From Coleofasciculus chthonoplastes F2-STO-03 (GTDB taxonomy: Bacteria; Cyanobacteriota; Cyanobacteriia; Cyanobacteriales; Coleofasciculaceae), in contig JAVJWO010000197.1 in NCBI GenBank assembly GCA_040222015.1, forward strand, positions 1 through 23,220: a stretch of 23,220 bases of DNA, in the 5' to 3' direction. Positions 1-7,832 of this stretch are shown here, one piece after another. Position 1 is the first letter of the stretch. Each line of letters begins with the position of its first letter. The notes beneath the pieces were generated by a model. That model was not told the DNA's origin, did no database searches, and saw only the letters and a list, made by a program, of their open reading frames with translations. The position numbers were made by a program, and so were the translations under genes.

Positions 1-69
1 TGCAACAAAAGCGAAGCATCCTCTGTCCTCCCCCATGCAACAAAAGCGAAGCATCCTCTGTCCTCCCCC
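1..69. repeat. 35-bp-period tandem duplication (TGCAACAAAAGCGAAGCATCCTCTGTCCTCCCCC), may extend left of the window
   Basis: Identical 34-mer at 1-34 and 36-69, separated by a single A; no spacer. Confidence 0.9.
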
Positions 70-74
70 CTCTT

Positions 75-160
75 GTAGGGGGGAACGAGGGGGGTAGGGG
101 GGACCGAGGGGGGTTGGGGGGAACGAGGGGGGTGGGAGTTGGGGTTAGGGGATGAGGGGG
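75..160 (+). repeat. G-rich 19-bp tandem repeat x3 (GTWGGGGGGAMCGAGGGGG) followed by further G-tracts
   Basis: Units at 75-93, 94-112 and 113-131, then GGGAGTTGGGGTTAGGGGATGAGGGGG to 160. Confidence 0.85.
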
Positions 161-185
161 AAAATGTCAAGGAGTAGATAGACAC

Positions 186-214
186 AGTAGGGGTTTGGTA
201 ACCAAACCCCTACT
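186..214. repeat. GTAG-type REP-like palindrome
   Basis: AGTAGGGGTTTGGT-A-ACCAAACCCCTACT, a perfect 14-bp inverted repeat with GTAG...CTAC ends. Confidence 0.85.
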
Positions 215-296
215 TAAAACCTTGCCTTAAATCCTACATTATGAATGGATTCGATAATTATAGTATTGGAGAAGTGAATATCTAAAATCGCCACTC

Positions 297-1163
297 ATGC
301 TGGATCACTGTTGCCGCGTTTTACTGGTTGAAGATGACCCCGATGACATCGAAAAACTGGAAAAACTCATAACCCATGCCAAATCTCCCTCATTTAGCAG
401 AGGATTTGAACTGCTTTGTGCTGAGACACTAGAAGAGGGACGAGGTTATTTGGCGCAAGGAGGTATCGATGTCGTGCTATTAGATTTAATGTTACCCGAT
501 AGTCGGGGGATGGACACCCTCCGACAAATGCAGCAAACAGCACCCGATGTACCGATTATCGTCCAAAGTGTTCTCGAAGATGAGCGAGTTGCGGTTAAAG
601 CCCTAGAATTGGGGGCTTGTGGCTATTTGCCCAAGGCGAAGCTGAATACCAATTTACTCGTCTACGCGATTCGCGCCGCCTTGGAGCGACAATATCAACT
701 GGCTGAACTCGAACACCATCAGCAGCAGCAAGAGCTAGAAGAGTTAGAAAAGTTAATCACGGGCGAAATCAACTTGGCGCCAAAATCCTCCAGTGTCGAA
801 CCCCTGTACCAGAGAATGCCTGATGTATTGGAGGAACTCAGGCAACATTATGGTGATTTCATGGAATGGGCATTAGAAGAACGTGTCTATAAAGTTGACC
901 ATCAGCTATCGATGCATCTAACGAATTTCGCCGAACAGTTGGGGTTACTCCAAGCCTCTCCCCGTGATCTAATCGAGCTACATACGACAACTTTAAAACA
1001 AAAAAGTCAAGCTGTGAATCGGCGTAAGGCACAAGCTTATACTACAGAAGGACGCTTTTTACTCTTAGAAATTATGGGCAACTTAACCGCTTACTATCGC
1101 AGATATTTCATTGGATTGAGTAAAATTAACTTAGAAAAAGATGCTAACCAGCCTAGTCCGTAG
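297..1163 (+). CDS. kaiA3: Chimeric KaiA3-type clock protein: N-terminal receiver domain plus KaiA C-terminal-like helical bundle
   Basis: Intact REC (VEDD, LLD63LMLPD, IIVQS, GYLPK). The C-terminus (DLIELH...GRFLLLEIMGNLTAYYRR) parallels the KaiA C-terminal pattern (I.EIH...YRLTLID..AHLCE.YR). It lies directly upstream of kaiB and kaiC. Confidence 0.85.
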   Translation: MLDHCCRVLLVEDDPDDIEKLEKLITHAKSPSFSRGFELLCAETLEEGRGYLAQGGIDVVLLDLMLPDSRGMDTLRQMQQTAPDVPIIVQSVLEDERVAVKALELGACGYLPKAKLNTNLLVYAIRAALERQYQLAELEHHQQQQELEELEKLITGEINLAPKSSSVEPLYQRMPDVLEELRQHYGDFMEWALEERVYKVDHQLSMHLTNFAEQLGLLQASPRDLIELHTTTLKQKSQAVNRRKAQAYTTEGRFLLLEIMGNLTAYYRRYFIGLSKINLEKDANQPSP

Positions 1164-1206
1164 TAAAAATAAACAGCAGTATGTTAAAGTCCTTGATTAC
1201 TCTAAC

Positions 1207-1503
1207 ATGTGTGAAAAATATCAACTCAAGCTTTATGTTACCGGAGATACCCCCCGATCGCAACGCGCGATCGCCAACTTGTATCGACTCTGTGATCAGG
1301 AACTTCCGGGTCAATATAAAATAACGGTTATTGATGTGACTAAATCTCCCCAACTGGCGGAGGCGAAACATATTTTAGTCACCCCGACCTTAATTAAAGA
1401 ATTTCCCAATCCTGTCCAGCGAATCGTGGGCGATTTGTCCGACACGGAAACGGTTTTATGGGGGTTGAATATCGGCATCAGAATCAACAAGCAACAAGAT
1501 TGA
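1207..1503 (+). CDS. kaiB3: Circadian clock protein KaiB (KaiB3 type)
   Basis: LKLYVTGDTPRS, IDV, ILVTPTLIK and RIVGDLSD are KaiB motifs. The likely start is ATG 1207, because the ORF-track start at 1141 overlaps kaiA3. Confidence 0.93.
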   Translation: MCEKYQLKLYVTGDTPRSQRAIANLYRLCDQELPGQYKITVIDVTKSPQLAEAKHILVTPTLIKEFPNPVQRIVGDLSDTETVLWGLNIGIRINKQQD

Positions 1504-1561
1504 GTAATAGCCCCTCCTGATGCTATTCTATATTTCCCAAGTTTACCAAAGTAGCAACGAA

Positions 1562-3079
1562 ATGACTCAACAGCAACTGCCAGATTTTATCGAAAAAGTA
1601 AAAACAGGCATTTCTGGTTTTGATCTATTATCGGAAGGGGGATTACCTAAAGGTCGAACTACCTTAGTGGCAGGTACAGCAGGCAGTGCAAAAACGATTT
1701 TTGCCTGTCAGTTTTTGGTCGAGGGAATTAAAGAAGGACAAAACGGTGTCTTTGTCACCTTTGAAGAATCCCCCCAAGCCATTCGCAAAAATATGCGCGG
1801 GTTTGGTTGGGATATTGAACAATGGGAAGCTGAAAAAAAATTCGCATTTGTTGATGCGTCTCCGAAAAGCGGAAATCGACCCTTAGTTAGTGGTGAATAT
1901 GATCTCGGTCCCTTGCTGGCTCGCTTAGAATATGCCATAGAACAAGTCCAGGCGCAACGAGTTTCCATGGATTCCTTAGGCGCCGTGTTTTCTTATGTAC
2001 CCGATATGGCTCAAGTACGCGGCGATTTATTTGATATTGCTTGGGCATTGCGGGAACGGGAAATTACCTCAGTATTGACCTCAGAACGGACTCAGGAATA
2101 TGGAGATATCAGTCGCTATGGTGTAGAAGAATTTGTGGCCGATAATGTGGTCATTTTACGCAATGTATTGGTGGAAGAGAAACGTCGCCGCACGGTTGAA
2201 ATTCTCAAATATCGAGGCACTCCTCATCAACATGGTGAATTTCCCTTTACGATTTTGCCTGATCAAGGTATTGTTGTTCTTCCCCTAAGCGCCTCAAAAT
2301 TAGAGCGAAAATCCTCTAGACGGCGAGTTACATCAGGCAATGCTGAATTAGATGGTATGTGTGGAGGTGGGTTTTTCCGCGATTCGATTATTTTGATATC
2401 GGGGGCGACAGGTACAGGCAAAACTTTAATCGTGACCGAATTTTTGGCAGGGGGTGTTAACCAGGGAGAACGATGTTTGCTCTTTGCCTTTGAGGAAAGC
2501 CGGGAGCAGTTATTTAGAAATGCGGCTGGCTGGGGCAGGGATTTTGAGCAGATGGAACGAGATGGCAACCTGAAGATTGTCTGTCGCTATCCTGAAGAAA
2601 CAGGGCTGGAAAATCATCTGGTGAAAATTAAACAAATCATCGAAGAGTTTCAGCCGGATCGGGTGGCAGTGGATAGCGTTTCAGCATTGGAAAAGCTTGC
2701 CCCATTCAAAGGATTTCGGGAATTTATCCTCAGCCTAAATGCTATCCTAAAAGACGAGCGAATTATGGGACTACTCACGGCGAATACAACATCGCTCATG
2801 GGCGGAATGTCGGTCACCGAATCCCATATTTCTACCAATACCGATTCAATTATATTACTACGCTATGTGGAAGTTTATGGAGAAATTCGCCGGGGCTTAA
2901 CGGTGCTAAAAATGCGCGGTTCAAAACATGATAAGGAAATTCGCGAGTTTACCATTAATGAAAGCGGGATGCACATCGGCAAACCATTCCGCAACATTAC
3001 TGGCATTCTCTCCGGTACTCCAACCTATATGAATCAGAGTGAAATTGACCGCCTGGGTAGTTTGTTTGAAGAGACTTAA
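1562..3079 (+). CDS. kaiC3: Circadian clock kinase/ATPase KaiC (KaiC3 type)
   Basis: Two RecA-like domains: Walker A GTAGSAKT (KaiC3-like variant) and GATGTGKT, catalytic FEE in both, HIST phosphosite pair, KMRGS, A-loop-like ILSGTP and a short C-tail. The likely start is ATG 1562 (the ORF extends to 1520). Confidence 0.95.
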   Translation: MTQQQLPDFIEKVKTGISGFDLLSEGGLPKGRTTLVAGTAGSAKTIFACQFLVEGIKEGQNGVFVTFEESPQAIRKNMRGFGWDIEQWEAEKKFAFVDASPKSGNRPLVSGEYDLGPLLARLEYAIEQVQAQRVSMDSLGAVFSYVPDMAQVRGDLFDIAWALREREITSVLTSERTQEYGDISRYGVEEFVADNVVILRNVLVEEKRRRTVEILKYRGTPHQHGEFPFTILPDQGIVVLPLSASKLERKSSRRRVTSGNAELDGMCGGGFFRDSIILISGATGTGKTLIVTEFLAGGVNQGERCLLFAFEESREQLFRNAAGWGRDFEQMERDGNLKIVCRYPEETGLENHLVKIKQIIEEFQPDRVAVDSVSALEKLAPFKGFREFILSLNAILKDERIMGLLTANTTSLMGGMSVTESHISTNTDSIILLRYVEVYGEIRRGLTVLKMRGSKHDKEIREFTINESGMHIGKPFRNITGILSGTPTYMNQSEIDRLGSLFEET

Positions 3080-3093
3080 GGGAAGATGGGGTT

Positions 3094-3117
3094 GTAGAGA
3101 CGTAGCATGCTACGTCT
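3094..3117. repeat. GTAG-type REP-like palindrome, 3' CTAC missing
   Basis: GTAG followed by the perfect 20-bp palindrome AGACGTAGCATGCTACGTCT (3098-3117), abutting a nonamer array. Confidence 0.8.
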
Positions 3118-3215
3118 GGGAGCTGGGGAAGCTGGGGGAGCTGAGGGAGCTGAGGGAGCTGGGGGAGCTGAGGGAGCTGAGGGAGCAGGGGAAGCTGGGG
3201 GAGCTGGGGAAGCTA
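3117..3215 (+). repeat. 9-bp short tandem repeat array (RGGRAGCTG x11)
   Basis: 11 units such as GGGAAGCTG, GGGGAGCTG and AGGGAGCTG. Confidence 0.9.
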
Positions 3216-3260
3216 ACTCAAAACTCTACCTTACCCATTCCCTATTCCCTGACAAAAAAC

Positions 3261-3351
3261 GAATGACGAATGACCAATGACGAATGACCAATGACGAATG
3301 ACCAATGACGAATGACCAATGACGAATGACGAATGAAAAATGACAAATGAC
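3261..3351 (+). repeat. 7-bp STRR-type tandem repeat (VAATGAC x13) overlapping the kinase start codon
   Basis: GAATGAC/CAATGAC/AAATGAC units (one GAATGAA variant); ATG 3340 lies in unit 12. Confidence 0.92.
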
Positions 3352-5304
3352 TTGAACCTTCTAATTCTACAAGACTCGACTCTGGCAACAGAACCAATAC
3401 TATCGCTATTATCTGGAGCAGGGCTGACGGTAACGTGGCAGTGCGTCAGTACAAAAGCGGAGTATTTAGAGTACCTAAATCCCACCATTGACTTAATTTT
3501 AATCGACTATCCCTTAGCCGAATTTAATGGGATTGAAGCCATTTCCTATCTGCCAGAACAGAATCTGACTATTCCGGTCATTATCATTAGTCATAGTAAA
3601 CGTGTGTCGATTGCCGTCGATTATATGAAAGCTGGCGCAGCGGGCTATCTGCTTCATGAGCAAGTCTCACAGCTTCCTCACGTTATCAAGCAAGCATTAG
3701 AAGCAAAGAACAGTGAACCCCAGAATACAGTTGACTCTACGGATTTAAAGCAACAGTTACAAGCCCAAACCGCAGCCGTGGCGAAACTCTCAGAACAATC
3801 CCAACAGGAAAATTTAGAAAAGGAACAGATCAAAGCAGCCCTCGTCAAAAGTGAGGCACAGTTTCAGGTTTTAATCTCCAAAAATCCGGATGGAATTATC
3901 GTGATCGACACCGGGGGAATTGTCCGGTTTATCAACCCAGCCGCGCTATCACTGTTTAGTCGTCAAGAAGAGGAACTCTTGGGTCAAGTCTTAGGCTTTC
4001 CAGTCGTGGGCGAGGATAACACGGAAGTGGATGTGCGGACGGGAACTGGGGAAAGTCGAGTGGCTCAAATGCGAGTGGTAAAAATTGAGTGGCAAGGAGA
4101 GAAAGGTTACCTGGTTTCCCTGAGAGACGTTACTCAACAAAAGCTTGTGGAACAAGAGAGGATTCAACTCTTAGAAAAAGCCGAAGCCGCGAATCGGATT
4201 AAAGATGAATTTCTGGCGATTGTTTCTCATGAGTTGCGTACTCCCCTCAATCCAATTCTGGGCTGGTCAAAACTGCTACGGACAAGAAAACTGAATCAAG
4301 ATAAGGTCGATCAGGCTTTAGAAACCATTGAACGGAATGCTTCCTTGCAAGCCCAACTGATTGATGATTTACTCGATGTTTCGCGGATTTTACGCGGCAA
4401 GTTGAGCCTACAAACCTTGCGAGTAGACTTGGTGCGGGTGATTAAAACAGCAATTGAAACCATGCGTTTAGCCGCCGTCGCCAAGTCGATTGACATTGAC
4501 ACCCAATTGGATTCAACGGTGGGATTTGTGTCGGGTGATCCCAACCGTCTCCAGCAAGTGGTGTGGAATCTGCTCTCCAATGCGGTGAAGTTTACACCTA
4601 GGGGTGGACGGATCACGGTGCGATTACAAGCGATTGACTCCCATGCACAAATCCAAGTCAGCGATACGGGGCAGGGGATCAATCCCGACTTTTTCCCCTA
4701 CATCTTTGATTATTTTCGGCAAGAGAATAGTACGACAACCCGGAGTGTAGGCGGGTTGGGGTTGGGGTTAGCCATTGTCCGCCACTTGATTGAACTGCAC
4801 GGGGGGAGAATTGAGGCGGAAAGTGACGGAGTTGGGCAGGGCGCAACGTTTACGGTGACGTTACCTCTAATCTCGGATTCGCCCATTAATCCTCAGAATT
4901 CCTCGCCAAACGATGAGGGTTTAGATTTAAGCGAGGTGACGGTACTCCTGGTGGAGGATGAGGTGGATACGCTCGACTTGCTCACGATTATCTTAGAAAG
5001 CTATGGTGCCAGGGTTGAGGGGGTGACTTCAGCCCATGAGGCGCTGGCTGTGTTTTCTCAAGGGCAACCGGATGTGCTAATTAGTGATATTGGGATGCCT
5101 GGAATGGATGGCTATGAGTTCATTCGCCAGGTGAGAGAACTACCACCTAATCGCGGCGGGTTGGTTCCCGCGATCGCACTGACAGCGTATGCCGGAGAGA
5201 CGGATTATGAAAAGGCTCTATCAGCGGGGTTTAATCGTCATATCGCTAAGCCTGTGGAACCGAAGCAGATTGTGGATGCGATCGCGAATTTAGTTAGGGC
5301 TTGA
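3340..5304 (+). CDS. Cytoplasmic hybrid histidine kinase: degenerate REC, coiled coil, PAS, HisKA, HATPase_c, REC
   Basis: H-box SH297ELRTPL, N-box NLLSNAVKFT, G1 DTGQG, G2 GGLGLGL, C-terminal REC (VEDE, ISD583IG, ALTA, AKP) and PAS (PDGIIVID..G.VRFINPAA...RDVT). No transmembrane segment is evident. Confidence 0.93.
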   Translation: MTNDLNLLILQDSTLATEPILSLLSGAGLTVTWQCVSTKAEYLEYLNPTIDLILIDYPLAEFNGIEAISYLPEQNLTIPVIIISHSKRVSIAVDYMKAGAAGYLLHEQVSQLPHVIKQALEAKNSEPQNTVDSTDLKQQLQAQTAAVAKLSEQSQQENLEKEQIKAALVKSEAQFQVLISKNPDGIIVIDTGGIVRFINPAALSLFSRQEEELLGQVLGFPVVGEDNTEVDVRTGTGESRVAQMRVVKIEWQGEKGYLVSLRDVTQQKLVEQERIQLLEKAEAANRIKDEFLAIVSHELRTPLNPILGWSKLLRTRKLNQDKVDQALETIERNASLQAQLIDDLLDVSRILRGKLSLQTLRVDLVRVIKTAIETMRLAAVAKSIDIDTQLDSTVGFVSGDPNRLQQVVWNLLSNAVKFTPRGGRITVRLQAIDSHAQIQVSDTGQGINPDFFPYIFDYFRQENSTTTRSVGGLGLGLAIVRHLIELHGGRIEAESDGVGQGATFTVTLPLISDSPINPQNSSPNDEGLDLSEVTVLLVEDEVDTLDLLTIILESYGARVEGVTSAHEALAVFSQGQPDVLISDIGMPGMDGYEFIRQVRELPPNRGGLVPAIALTAYAGETDYEKALSAGFNRHIAKPVEPKQIVDAIANLVRA

Positions 5305-5457
5305 TCTTTGACTCAAAGACTCAACAATTTTCGATAGATTTGCCATTCTGAATCGGGTTGCATACAGCTGTCTTAACCTGTCTTAGTACCGCTCTACTTT
5401 GAGTTCAGGGCTTCTATTAGCCCAGAGTTGTAAATCTGGGCAGTGTTACCTGTTTTA

Positions 5458-6288
5458 TTACGCTGATTTATTGGTTTCTTTATCCTCTTGCTGTTGCTGA
5501 GTTTTTGAGGATTCTTGCACCTGCTTCAGATGGAGCGTATTCACCTGATTAATAAAATTCTCAATTGCCTGTTTCAGCTTGTTCTTACGTTGAGATTCAT
5601 CGGCTATATCATAACAACGATACGCCTGAGTCACTCCCAAGATAAATTTTTCTCGTTCTGCTTCTAACAATTCAACTGCCGCATTTGCCGAAATCCAATT
5701 TTCTTGAAAAGGAAATGAGGTTACCACACTGGCAACAATAGAAGCGATCGCTGGAAAGATAACAGGTAACCACTTAAACCAAACTACACCAATATCTAAC
5801 TTATCAACCAACACCAGAATTGGAGTAATCCCGGAAAAGACAATCGTTGCCATTTGGAACGTATAATAGATATTCCTGGACGTCTGGCGGCTTTTCTTAT
5901 AGTCCTCAATCAGTTCTTGGCAATACTGCAAAGCATTTTCTCTGGCTACCGTGATCGGATTGCTACCCGGTTGTTGTTGTTCATCAACGAGATATTGATA
6001 AATTTCCGCTCGTTTGGCAACTTCAAGCTGCATTTGACGACTTGCTGCTTGAGCTAGCTGTCTATCGAGCAAGACAAGAAACACCAAAAATGAGACGAAA
6101 ACAGCTATCCAGATAACCAGAGTTGTTTTGTTCTCAATAACCAAGCTAATGATACTTGTACAAATCAATGCCGCCACGAACAGGTATTGTCCAATCTTGA
6201 TCCAGGGAATCGGCAACCTCCATAAGGGTGAACCTGTTTCTCCTGCCTGAGACGGATCAGATGGATTTGTCGGGTTGAGAGTAGTCAT
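5458..6288 (-). CDS. DUF4231/SLATT-superfamily membrane protein with two extra N-terminal TM helices
   Basis: The pattern YKK.R..SR..YY..Q...I, two TM helices, FQENW......ELLE.E.EKF and a C-terminal helix is typical of DUF4231. There are four hydrophobic segments in total. Confidence 0.75.
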   Translation of the reverse strand: MTTLNPTNPSDPSQAGETGSPLWRLPIPWIKIGQYLFVAALICTSIISLVIENKTTLVIWIAVFVSFLVFLVLLDRQLAQAASRQMQLEVAKRAEIYQYLVDEQQQPGSNPITVARENALQYCQELIEDYKKSRQTSRNIYYTFQMATIVFSGITPILVLVDKLDIGVVWFKWLPVIFPAIASIVASVVTSFPFQENWISANAAVELLEAEREKFILGVTQAYRCYDIADESQRKNKLKQAIENFINQVNTLHLKQVQESSKTQQQQEDKETNKSA

Positions 6289-6536
6289 ACTTGAATATTG
6301 TCTATGGTTTTAACAGTATATTATGTCATGCCTGAATTAACTAAGTCAACCCCAAAAAACTTAGTCAATACTGTAATCGCCGATTCCCTCGATCCGGTTT
6401 TTTGTCCATCTGAATTCAACCTGGGCGAGTCTAAATGATTTGTGAAAACAGATGACCCGGAAAAGCTTGCCCATTAATAATTTAGGGGATAGGGAGATGA
6501 CTTAACTAAACCCGCCCTTCTCCGGTGGCTTATCCC

Positions 6537-7493
6537 TTAATTTGCCAAAACCATCTTAGGCGCAAGCCATACCTCAGCGTCTGATTCAATCACCTCAGTA
6601 ATACCCAGAAACTTACCATCTTCGTGGTGAACTCGCCGAATATTAGCAACAGAATCAGTCGAAGTATCTTGATTCATATTCTGTTTATTTATACCGTTAT
6701 CATCTTCTTCTATCTTCTGCACCCCGCCCTCTATCTTTATCCGTTGACCCTGACACCAACGACGAGCATGATCTGGCGATAAAATAACCTTCTCTAAATG
6801 TTTTAATGCGGCTTCAGGTAAAATTGGAGTAAAGATTCCGGCTTGTACCTGTACTGCCAATTCCTCTAAACTCAAGCTATTATCCAGCGTAAATCCACTG
6901 CTCTGGGTACGAATCAGAGACGCCAAGGTTCCACCCGTCTTGAGAACCTCTCCCAAATCACGGGCAATGGACCGAATATAGGTTCCCGCACCACAGGCGA
7001 TCGCCACATCCAATTCTGCCAATTCCCCTGGACGCCACTCTAATACCTCAATCTGATACACTTCAACCTGTCGTCTAGGAATTTCCGCCGTTTTACCCGC
7101 CCTCGCTAACTCATACAGCCGTTTTCCCTGAACCTGAACCGCACTGTACATCGGGGGAATTTGCTCAATTTTTCCCTGAAACTGTTGCAGTAACGGCACA
7201 ACTGTTTCCAGGGTTAACCCAGAGGCGGAGGAAGTCGCCACAATATCTCCCTCTAAATCATCGGTTGTTGTCTTCACCCCCAACCGAATCGTCGCCTGAT
7301 ATGCCTTCTCTGAGGTCATATACTGTAACAATCGGGTCGCTCTACCCAGTGCGATCGGCAGAACCCCTGTAGCCAATGGATCTAACGTTCCCCCATGTCC
7401 AACTCGCTTCAGGCGCAGTAAACGCCGCACTTTCGCCACACAGTCGTGAGAGGTAAATCCAGCCGATTTGTTTAAATTCAAAAATCCTTGCAT
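6537..7493 (-). CDS. truB: tRNA pseudouridine(55) synthase TruB
   Basis: K..G.TSHD.V, GHGGTLDPLATGVL, PPMYSA and GTYIRS motifs. Confidence 0.97.
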   Translation of the reverse strand: MQGFLNLNKSAGFTSHDCVAKVRRLLRLKRVGHGGTLDPLATGVLPIALGRATRLLQYMTSEKAYQATIRLGVKTTTDDLEGDIVATSSASGLTLETVVPLLQQFQGKIEQIPPMYSAVQVQGKRLYELARAGKTAEIPRRQVEVYQIEVLEWRPGELAELDVAIACGAGTYIRSIARDLGEVLKTGGTLASLIRTQSSGFTLDNSLSLEELAVQVQAGIFTPILPEAALKHLEKVILSPDHARRWCQGQRIKIEGGVQKIEEDDNGINKQNMNQDTSTDSVANIRRVHHEDGKFLGITEVIESDAEVWLAPKMVLAN

Positions 7494-7498
7494 TCTTC

Positions 7499-7670
7499 AA
7501 CACAGATTACCAGATAGCAATGACATTCTCCAGAAGACTCAATCGTGAATAACACAGATTGTCACAGAGAACTAAATATTTCCCCCTCACCACCAACACC
7601 TCTGTGAAATCAGTGCGACTAACCTCTCACACCCCACCCCTACCGTTTATATAAATCCGTGAAATCAGTG
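7499..7670. repeat. Interspersed direct/inverted repeats (AACACAGATT x2; GTGAAATCAGTG x2)
   Basis: AACACAGATT at 7499 and 7551; GTGAAATCAGTG at 7604 and 7659. Segment 7553-7569 pairs imperfectly with 7600-7615. Confidence 0.7.
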
Positions 7671-7678
7671 TTGCGATA

Positions 7679-7832
7679 AACAACAACAACATTCAAGCAA
7701 TACTGGCTGAGTGATTTCCTCCTGTGGGCAATGAAACTTGAAGTGGTACTGATCAATCAATTATTCAGTCACGCAGCTTCCCAGATTCTATTTGAGGAAC
7801 TATCAACGTTCTCGATGAATGTTGCTGTTGTT
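7679..7832 (-). ncRNA. Candidate structured RNA closed by a 17-bp long-range stem
   Basis: 7679-7695 AACAACAACAACATTCA versus 7816-7832 TGAATGTTGCTGTTGTT. The single mismatch becomes a G-U pair on the minus strand. An inner TTCCTC/GAGGAA complementarity is also present. Confidence 0.35.

Noticed and set aside
1..69. 34-bp repeat as a CRISPR array
   Set aside because: The copies are separated by one base with no spacer, and there are no cas genes in the window.
1399..1416. KaiB3 PNP instead of PPP as a fold-switch variant
   Set aside because: The middle proline position is variable among KaiB homologues, and the flanking prolines and the GD motif are retained.
3039..3488. ORFs 3039-3266 (+) and 3231-3488 (-)
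   Set aside because: Their ELG/ELR and SFVIGH periodicity is simply translation of the 9-bp and 7-bp repeats.
7679..7832. Retron msr-msd (a1/a2 inverted repeats)
   Set aside because: There is no reverse transcriptase nearby and no clear msd hairpin.
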